Shown piece by piece: positions 1 to 5,945 of a stretch of DNA of 55,362 nucleotides. Where the stretch lies: contig CAZOKU010000004.1 in NCBI GenBank assembly GCA_964580715.1, positions 1 through 55,362 on the forward strand, written 5' to 3'. The stretch comes from an uncultured Rhizobium sp. (GTDB taxonomy: Bacteria > Pseudomonadota > Alphaproteobacteria > Rickettsiales > UBA1997). A model generated the notes under the pieces. That model was not told the DNA's origin. It ran no database searches and was given only the letters and a program-made list of their open reading frames with translations. Each line of letters opens with the position of its first letter. Positions within the stretch are counted from its first letter, which is position 1. Position numbers and translations under genes: made by a program.

Positions 1-26
1 GTCAAAACCAAGTATTGCAAAGAGAT

Positions 27-100
27 AGCTTAGATTTTTTTATTTAAAAAACTTGAGCTTATGCAAATAAGTGAGTTTTTTAAATAAAAAAATCTAAGCT
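27..100. repeat. 27-bp perfect inverted repeat with a 20-nt spacer (AT-rich hairpin)
   Basis: 27-53 AGCTTAGATTTTTTTATTTAAAAAACT is the exact reverse complement of 74-100, read directly. Confidence 0.85.
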
Positions 101-110
101 AAATCAAAGC

Positions 111-173
111 AAGACGCCGGTTTTCACGCATTTTGCCTAGCAAAAATTTTCCTTTTTATCCCGAATTGGCGTT
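111..173. repeat. Dispersed repeat copy (AAGACGCNGGTTTTCACGCATTTT ... TTTTTATCCCGAATTGGCGTT family)
   Basis: The same blocks recur at 50823-50904 (core 50864-50888, arm 50884-50904). Confidence 0.8.
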
Positions 174-238
174 ATAACCATCATATTTGATTTGCGACAT
201 TGCCTTTAGCGTTTCTGTGGTAATTATCCCGTTACATC

Positions 239-323
239 GTCATCCTTGAGACGAAGGCTCGAGGATCTCTCGAGTTTTGCGTCAGAAGTAAAGAAATCCT
301 CGAGCCTTTGGCTCAAGGATGAC
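239..323. repeat. 85-bp palindromic element with ~28-bp terminal inverted repeats (GTCATCCTTGAG...CTCAAGGATGAC)
   Basis: 239-266 matches the reverse complement of 296-323 at 25/28 positions. A related half-copy lies at 13148-13182, and related cores lie inside a CDS at 7044-7198. Confidence 0.8.
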
Positions 324-367
324 AGGTTTTTATTAATATAATTGTATTTTTGTAGAAAAGTTTTTAG

Positions 368-395
368 TTGATTCCTTAAAAAAATAAACTACATT
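368..395 (+). promoter_or_regulatory. Candidate sigma70-type promoter for tRNA-Asn (TTGATT-N16-TACATT)
   Basis: -35 TTGATT at 368-373 and -10 TACATT at 390-395, about 24 nt upstream of the tRNA. The candidate ssrA promoter uses the same -35 hexamer. Confidence 0.4.
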
Positions 396-418
396 ACGCC
401 CCTCAATTTTTCTCACAT

Positions 419-493
419 TCCTTGGTAGCTCAGAGGTAGAGCAGTTGGCTGTTAACCAATTGGTCGGGGGTTCGAATCCCTCCCAAGGAGCCA
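419..493 (+). tRNA. tRNA-Asn (anticodon GTT), CCA encoded
   Basis: Cloverleaf folded by hand. Acceptor TCCTTGG/CCAAGGA, D stem GCTC/GAGC, anticodon loop CTGTTAA, T arm GGGGG-TTCGAAT-CCCTC, discriminator G, then CCA. Total 75 nt. Confidence 0.93.
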
Positions 494-536
494 TAACAAA
501 AAAGCCTAGCCAAAAGCTGGGCTTTTTTGTTATGGA
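491..536 (+). terminator. Rho-independent (bidirectional) terminator after tRNA-Asn
   Basis: Stem AGCCTAGC (503-510) pairs with GCTGGGCT (516-523) and is followed by TTTTTTGTT. It is flanked by the symmetric sequences CCATAACAAAAAA and TTTTTTGTTATGG. Confidence 0.75.
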
Positions 537-805
537 TGATTGGAAGGGATTTGCCTAAGTAATTCGACCACGCAGAAGTCAAAAATCGTCTTAGCGATTG
601 AAACTCCTGTAATACTGCGCGCAAGCACCAAAAAATCAATGAGTATTTCCTCCCTTACTCTTTCTTAACGAATGAAATGAGTTTAGAAAAAGTTAAAAGC
701 CGAAACTAACCTGTAACCTTTCGCTAAAAAAACAGTTGATTTAGAATCTGTAACAAAAGATGCTGTTTTTTAAAATCAAAATTACACAAAACCAGAAATA
801 AAAAA

Positions 806-1339
806 ATGCAAACTGTTGATCTTCTAGGATTATTTAAAGCGGCGATTTCTGGTGATCAAACTAGTTATGCAAAATTTTTAGAGGTAAGTGCTAAGATTTT
901 GAGATCTTTTGTGGCAAAAAGAATTGCTAGAAATGATGTTGAGGATGTGGTGCAAGAAATTTTGATTTCCATTCATAAATCACGGCATAGCTTTGATGCA
1001 AAAAGGCCGATCATGCCTTGGATTTTCTCTATTGCGCGCTTTCGAATTGCGGATCATCTTCGCAAAACTTATGCAAGTATAAATTTTGCTGATGTTGATT
1101 TTGATGAATTATGTGAAGTTTTGCCTGATGTAACGACTAGCAATGAAAATCACGAATATGTAAATGACCTGTTAAAAAATGTTGAACCTCTTAAAAAAAA
1201 CATTTTACTGATGCTTTATGTTGAAGGTTATAGTGTTAAAGAAGTTGCAGGAAGCCTTAACATGAGCGAGTCGGCGGTTAAAGTTGCTGCACATCGTGTA
1301 ATTAAAAAAATAAGGAAAGAATGGAAACCAATGAGCTAA
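806..1339 (+). CDS. sigF: ECF-type RNA polymerase sigma factor (SigF-like)
   Basis: Region 2 (EDVVQEILISIHK...PWIFSIARFRIADHLRK) and region 4 HTH (YVEGYSVKEVAGSLNMSESAVKVAAHRVIKKIRK). Overlaps the downstream DUF1109 gene by 19 nt. Confidence 0.85.
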   Translation: MQTVDLLGLFKAAISGDQTSYAKFLEVSAKILRSFVAKRIARNDVEDVVQEILISIHKSRHSFDAKRPIMPWIFSIARFRIADHLRKTYASINFADVDFDELCEVLPDVTTSNENHEYVNDLLKNVEPLKKNILLMLYVEGYSVKEVAGSLNMSESAVKVAAHRVIKKIRKEWKPMS

Positions 1340-1959
1340 TTGCAAAATTAGTGAATGAACAGAGCAAAAAACCTCTAAAAACGCCGCAATATTATGCTGT
1401 GATTCTTGTGGCTATGATGTTTTTTTATGCTGTTATAATCCAATATTTTCTAGGGTTTCGTAGTGACTTAGCAATTAAACTTCGGCAATTGGCATTTGAT
1501 ACAGAATTATTGTTGCTGATTTTACTGCAAATTAGCGCAATTTATGCTGCGGTTTTAATGCTTTATCCTGATAAATATCAAAAGAAATCATTAGTTAAAA
1601 TTCCTTTTATTTTACTTACCTCAATTGCGATTTTTTTGATTTTGCAATCTTTTTTACAAATCAATTCAGAAATAATTTCATCACCAGATTCACATAAAAT
1701 AGAATGCTTGATTTGTATTGCTGCAGTTGCTTTTTTACCATCTTTACTGATATTTGTTTTGCTAAAAAAAGGCAATTCAACAAGTTATTCTCAAGCAGGA
1801 TTTTTTGCAGTTTTGATTGCAACAATAATTGGTTGTATCACATTAAGGTTGGCTGAAAATAATGATTTAATTTCTCACCTTGTTATTTGGCACTATTTAC
1901 CAACCCTTTTGTTTGCGTGCCTAGGAGCATTTTTAGGAAAATTTTTACTGCGGTGGTAA
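1321..1959 (+). CDS. nrsF: NrsF-family (DUF1109) membrane anti-sigma factor
   Basis: About 6 predicted TM helices. N-terminus METNELIAKLV resembles DUF1109 starts. Translationally overlaps the ECF sigma gene, as in the Caulobacter sigF-nrsF pair. Confidence 0.75.
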   Translation: METNELIAKLVNEQSKKPLKTPQYYAVILVAMMFFYAVIIQYFLGFRSDLAIKLRQLAFDTELLLLILLQISAIYAAVLMLYPDKYQKKSLVKIPFILLTSIAIFLILQSFLQINSEIISSPDSHKIECLICIAAVAFLPSLLIFVLLKKGNSTSYSQAGFFAVLIATIIGCITLRLAENNDLISHLVIWHYLPTLLFACLGAFLGKFLLRW

Positions 1960-1976
1960 ATTTTTTTAATTTCTTT

Positions 1977-2002
1977 GTAACCAAAAATTAAATTTTAACG
2001 AA
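1977..2002 (+). promoter_or_regulatory. Candidate SigF-type ECF promoter GTAACC-N16-CGAA upstream of the precursor gene
   Basis: GTAACC at 1977-1982, an exact 16-nt spacer, and CGAA at 1999-2002, 60 nt upstream of the 2063 ATG. Confidence 0.55.
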
Positions 2003-2062
2003 TTAGTTTATGTAGCGATTAAATTTAAATCGTTATCAATTATAAAATTAAATTTTAAAACT

Positions 2063-2329
2063 ATGTCAAATTCTAAAAAACTTGCTAAGGCTGCTCTAGC
2101 TGGGCTTTTTGCTGCTAGCATTTTAACTGCTAACTCTTCTTTTGCTGCTGATCATGCAAAATCATCATGTCATGGCAAAGATAAAGCATCAGCTGAAAAA
2201 GCTAATTGCAAAACTGCTGATGGCAAAGAAAAACACGCTTGTAAAGGCAAAAATTCTTGCAAAGGACAAGGTGGCGACGGAAAAAACGCTTGTAAAGGAA
2301 AAGGTTCTTGCCGCACTAGCAACGAATAA
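2063..2329 (+). CDS. bufA: Bufferin-type RiPP precursor: Sec-signal peptide plus Lys/Gly-rich core with 6 Cys
   Basis: Signal peptide ...ANSSFA/AD. Six Cys lie in repeated contexts (SCHGK, NCKT, ACKGK, SCKGQGG, ACKGKG, SCR). The gene sits immediately 5' of a DUF692 gene. Confidence 0.75.
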   Translation: MSNSKKLAKAALAGLFAASILTANSSFAADHAKSSCHGKDKASAEKANCKTADGKEKHACKGKNSCKGQGGDGKNACKGKGSCRTSNE

Positions 2330-2340
2330 TTTTATTTGCT

Positions 2341-2380
2341 AACAAGAGGTGAAAATTTTTGCCTCTTGTTAATTTTTTTT
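2341..2380 (+). terminator. Intra-operon hairpin plus T8 (candidate attenuator/partial terminator) between precursor and modifying-enzyme genes
   Basis: AACAAGAGG (2341-2349) pairs with CCTCTTGTT (2362-2370) across a 12-nt loop, followed by T8 at 2373-2380, which abuts the 2381 ATG. Confidence 0.55.
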
Positions 2381-3616
2381 ATGAAAGATAAAACAATTTT
2401 CCCACAGGCTGGCTTTGGATTGGGGCTTAGGTCGAAGCATTACGAATATATTTTTGCAACTAAACCAAAAGTTGACTGGTTTGAAATTATTTCAGAAAAC
2501 TTTATGGAAAGTGGTGGCAGGCCAAAATCTAATCTTGCCAAAATTAAAGAGCTTTATCCAATCGTGATGCACGGCGTTTCTATGTCGATTGGCACTGTTG
2601 ATCCGCTGAATTCTGAATATCTAAAAAAACTTAAAAAATTAATAAAATGGGTTAAACCGCTGTGGATTTCTGACCATCTTTGCTGGACTGGCGTTGCCCA
2701 TAAAACCACTCACGATCTTTTACCTTTGCCCTACAACCACAATGCTTTAAAGCATGTCGTAAAAAGAATAAAAGAAGTGCAAGATTATTTGGAAATGCCT
2801 TTAGCACTGGAAAATCCTTCAACTTATTTAGAATTTAAAAATTCTGACATTTCTGAAGCAGAATTTATTGCAAGAATGGTTGAGGAATCAGGATGCAATT
2901 TGCTGCTTGATGTAAATAATGTTTATGTCACTTGCTATAATCACCGCCTTGATCCAAAGAAATATCTCGATTCTTTGCCACTAGAAAAAGTGATTCAAAT
3001 TCATCTTTCTGGCCACAGCAACAAAGGCAATCACATTATAGACACACATGATGATCACGTGATTGATGAGGTGTGGAATTTATATAAATATGTGGTTAAT
3101 AAAGCTGGCAGAACGCCAAACACCATGATTGAATGGGATGACAATATTCCTGAATTTAGCGAGCTTTTTGCTGAATTAAACAAAGCAAAAGATACAGCGC
3201 GTGATGCTAAAAATTATATTTTACCACAAATTTCCATTCAAAAACCACAAGAAAAAATTAGCAAAAAAACATCGCTAGAATCTTTGCAGATCTTGATGCA
3301 AGATGCCATCATGTTGGGGCAAAATTTTGATAGTAAAGTTGAAAATTGGATTTTAGATAAAACAGATTTTTCTGCCAAACAACAGCTAAATGTTTATGTT
3401 AACGCTTATCGCTGGCGCTTAAATGATGTGGTGTCTGAAGATTATGAAGTTTTAAAAAATTATTTAGGCGAAAAAAAATTTAACAATTTGATTTGGAATT
3501 TTGTCAATGAAGAAAAGCCCGACCATTTTAACATTGCCAAATATCAATTAAAATTACAGAATTTTTTAGAAAAAAATATCCTGACGACATTTTTGCTCAT
3601 GAATTATGCAAACTAG
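2381..3616 (+). CDS. bufB: MNIO (DUF692, BufB/MbnB-like) enzyme fused in frame to the N-terminal part of a DUF2063 (BufC-like) domain
   Basis: DUF692 pattern: [11 protein letters not shown]...WFEIISENF...HGVSMSIG...WISDHLCW...ALENPSTY...LLDVNNVYV...HLSGHS...IEWD. The same ORF then continues with LQILMQDAI...[12 protein letters not shown]..., which looks like DUF2063. The start is uncertain: ATG at 2381, while the ORF track uses TTG at 2336. Confidence 0.8.
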   Translation: MKDKTIFPQAGFGLGLRSKHYEYIFATKPKVDWFEIISENFMESGGRPKSNLAKIKELYPIVMHGVSMSIGTVDPLNSEYLKKLKKLIKWVKPLWISDHLCWTGVAHKTTHDLLPLPYNHNALKHVVKRIKEVQDYLEMPLALENPSTYLEFKNSDISEAEFIARMVEESGCNLLLDVNNVYVTCYNHRLDPKKYLDSLPLEKVIQIHLSGHSNKGNHIIDTHDDHVIDEVWNLYKYVVNKAGRTPNTMIEWDDNIPEFSELFAELNKAKDTARDAKNYILPQISIQKPQEKISKKTSLESLQILMQDAIMLGQNFDSKVENWILDKTDFSAKQQLNVYVNAYRWRLNDVVSEDYEVLKNYLGEKKFNNLIWNFVNEEKPDHFNIAKYQLKLQNFLEKNILTTFLLMNYAN

Positions 3617-4023
3617 AAACTGTAATAGCAGCAATGCATGAACATGAAGAAACCGAAGTTTTAACTAAAGAACATCTAAAAAACATCACAGCAGAAAAAT
3701 TGTTAGAAATAAAATTATATCCGCGCAAAGCCTTGAAATTGCTTGAGTTTGAATATTTGACGAATAAATATTATCAGCAAGTTATGGATGAAAAAAAGCC
3801 ACAGCAAAAAAAACAAAAAAGTTATTTGGCTGTGTTTCGCCATGAAAATTCAACGTGGCGCATGGATTTAGAAAAAGAAGAATTTCAATTACTGAAAAAA
3901 TTATTTACCAAAATGAAAATTGGCGAAGCTTTAGCAAATGATCAAAAAACGTCACCTGCTTTAGTTAAACAATGGTTTTCAAAATGGATTAACAACGGGC
4001 TGCTTGCGGCTCATAATTATTAA
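3574..4023 (+). CDS. DUF2063 (BufC-like) C-terminal portion, reached from the preceding ORF by a -1 frame change in an A7 run
   Basis: This frame is open from 3532 and reads ...[29 protein letters not shown]..., continuing the DUF2063-like sequence. The ORF track lists only 3634..4023. Confidence 0.6.
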   Translation, partial: KYPDDIFAHELCKLETVIAAMHEHEETEVLTKEHLKNITAEKLLEIKLYPRKALKLLEFEYLTNKYYQQVMDEKKPQQKKQKSYLAVFRHENSTWRMDLEKEEFQLLKKLFTKMKIGEALANDQKTSPALVKQWFSKWINNGLLAAHNY

Positions 4024-4035
4024 AAAAATATATGC

Positions 4036-4199
4036 ATATACCAAAACATAAATCTATTGATAGTTTTTACTTCGCCTTTTTGGTAAAAATTTACTCGAGA
4101 AATAACGCTGTATCGCCTGATACAGCTTATATTTCTTGTCGTAATTTTTCCTCAAAAATTCTTTGTAAAAACTATCAATAGATTTATGTTTTGGTATAT
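4036..4199. mobile_element. 164-bp MITE-like element with 34-bp perfect terminal inverted repeats
   Basis: 4036-4069 ATATACCAAAACATAAATCTATTGATAGTTTTTA is the exact reverse complement of 4166-4199. There is an internal hairpin at 4107-4126, and a solo half-copy at 18121-18176. Confidence 0.8.
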
Positions 4200-4638
4200 A
4201 CTTAAATTTCTCATCATTTGCCCAAAAAAAATCGCTTCTCATTTTGAATGGGCCGGCCCTCTTATAGCGCGCATCATAGTTGGCTATGTTTTTATGTTAA
4301 CTGGCCTTGCAAAACTACAAAATCTTGACGCTATCATTGAAAATTTTGAATATTGGCAAATTCCATTTCCACATTTTACCACACCTTTCGTTGCAGGATG
4401 GGAGTGTTTTGGAGGGCTATTCTTAATGTTAGGATTTCTAACCAGAATCTGCGGCGGCGCCCTTTCTGTTGTGATGATTGTTGCAATAATCTCTGCTAAA
4501 TTTATGGAAATTGACTCACTAGAAACTTTACTTGGATTTGAAGAAGCAATTTACATCGCCGTCTTTGCCTGGCTTGCCATCTGCGGCGCAGGGAAAGTTT
4601 CTGTTGATTATTTGATAGAAAGGAAGTTTACAAACTAA
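4186..4638 (+). CDS. DoxX-family membrane protein
   Basis: PLIARIIVGYVFMLTGLAKL motif and 4 TM helices. It occupies the last position of the bufferin-type operon. The annotated ATG lies inside the MITE-like TIR, so the start is uncertain. Confidence 0.75.
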   Translation: MFWYILKFLIICPKKIASHFEWAGPLIARIIVGYVFMLTGLAKLQNLDAIIENFEYWQIPFPHFTTPFVAGWECFGGLFLMLGFLTRICGGALSVVMIVAIISAKFMEIDSLETLLGFEEAIYIAVFAWLAICGAGKVSVDYLIERKFTN

Positions 4639-4651
4639 CCAGAAATTTTTT

Positions 4652-5857
4652 TTATTTAACAAACTCCAATATACCATGCGCCGCTGCAACGGCTGTGCTG
4701 AAGCATGCTTGCAAAAGATAGCCGCCAGTTGGGGCTTCCCAGTTTAGCATTTCGCCGGCGGCGAAAACTTTGGGTTTAGATTTCAGCATAAAATTTTCGT
4801 TGAGAGATTCTTGGCAGATTCCTCCGGCGCTTGAAATTGCACGGTTGATGCTGGTAGTTGCATCTAAAATAACTGGTAAGTTTTTAAGATATTTAGCCAA
4901 AGCATCTGGTGCAGCTTCTTTTAATTTATCTGGCGAAATTAATTCATGAAGCAAAACGCTTGCAACTTTAGAAAATCCTGCTTTACGCAGCTGATTGCTA
5001 AGAGATTTTTTGCCGCGAATTTGTAATTTTTTCGCTAATTCTTCAACCGTCATTTCTGGACGCAAATCTATGTATAAAGTTGCCCTGCCCTCATTTTTGA
5101 TGGTGTCGCGCAAATGTGAAGATAATGCATAAACAGCGTTTCCTTCAACTCCTTGTTTTGTTATAATCATTTCTCCTTTATGAGAAAAATTTTTATGTCG
5201 AATCGCAACAGATTTTAAAGGAGTTCCGTGAAAATTATTGACCAAATAATCTGACCATTTACTTACAAAACCACAATTTGACGGACGTAATTCAGCAATT
5301 TTTACGCCCTGTTTTAAAAGCACTTGAACCCAAGACCCATCTGAACCCAAATGAGGCCAAGAAGCTCCGCCAAGCGCCAATAAAGTTGCATCTGCTTTTA
5401 CTTTTATTATCTGTTTTTCTGAATTAAGAAATATTAATTCTTCACCATCAAATCCTTGCCAAAAATGGCGCATAAAAAAACGCACCCCAAGACCATCAAG
5501 CCTTCTAAGCCAAGCGCGAAGCAGAGGAGACGCCTTCATGCTTTTTGGAAAAACTCGACCACTGCTGCCAACAAAAGTTTCTTCTCCTAAACCTTCACAC
5601 CATTTTATTAATTTTTGTGGATCAAAAAATTTAATATGCGGAAAAAGCCATTCTGATGCTTCGAAATAACGCGTCAGAAATTTTTCCAAACTCTCACTAT
5701 GCGTCAAATTCAACCCCCCTCTTCCCGCCATCATAAATTTACGCCCAACACTTGGCATTGCATCATATATAAAAACTTTATGCCCCGCAGAAGCAATAAC
5801 CTCCGCCGCCATCAACCCACTCGGCCCACCTCCGATAATTACAATATTTTTAACCAT
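4652..5857 (-). CDS. NAD(P)/FAD-dependent oxidoreductase, HI0933/BaiN-like flavoprotein
   Basis: N-terminal IVIIGGGPSGLMAA dinucleotide fold, followed by KFMMAGRGGLNLTH, which is typical of this family. Confidence 0.75.
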   Translation of the reverse strand: MVKNIVIIGGGPSGLMAAEVIASAGHKVFIYDAMPSVGRKFMMAGRGGLNLTHSESLEKFLTRYFEASEWLFPHIKFFDPQKLIKWCEGLGEETFVGSSGRVFPKSMKASPLLRAWLRRLDGLGVRFFMRHFWQGFDGEELIFLNSEKQIIKVKADATLLALGGASWPHLGSDGSWVQVLLKQGVKIAELRPSNCGFVSKWSDYLVNNFHGTPLKSVAIRHKNFSHKGEMIITKQGVEGNAVYALSSHLRDTIKNEGRATLYIDLRPEMTVEELAKKLQIRGKKSLSNQLRKAGFSKVASVLLHELISPDKLKEAAPDALAKYLKNLPVILDATTSINRAISSAGGICQESLNENFMLKSKPKVFAAGEMLNWEAPTGGYLLQACFSTAVAAAHGILEFVK

Positions 5858-5945
5858 AGTTTTTAATTATCTTTTAGAAAAATTTAATTTAAGAATAAAA
5901 GACCTAAAAAGCATTATGATTTTTCCAATTAACTTCCGCTTTAAT

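Noticed and set aside
430-639. 69-aa minus-strand ORF
   Set aside because: It overlaps tRNA-Asn and its terminator on the opposite strand and has no recognisable motifs. It is a spurious ORF in an AT-rich region.
713-738. GTAACC upstream of the ECF sigma gene as an autoregulatory SigF-type promoter
   Set aside because: At the N16 spacing the -10 position reads GTTG, not CGAA. The -35-like hexamer alone is not enough evidence.
2142-2342. 66-aa ORF overlapping the precursor gene in another frame
   Set aside because: It lies entirely inside the bufA CDS. It has Lys-rich low complexity typical of an off-frame reading, and no signal peptide or Cys pattern.
4054-4242. 62-aa minus-strand ORF
   Set aside because: It lies within the MITE-like element (4036-4199) and spans its TIR. 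It is an artefact of the inverted repeat.
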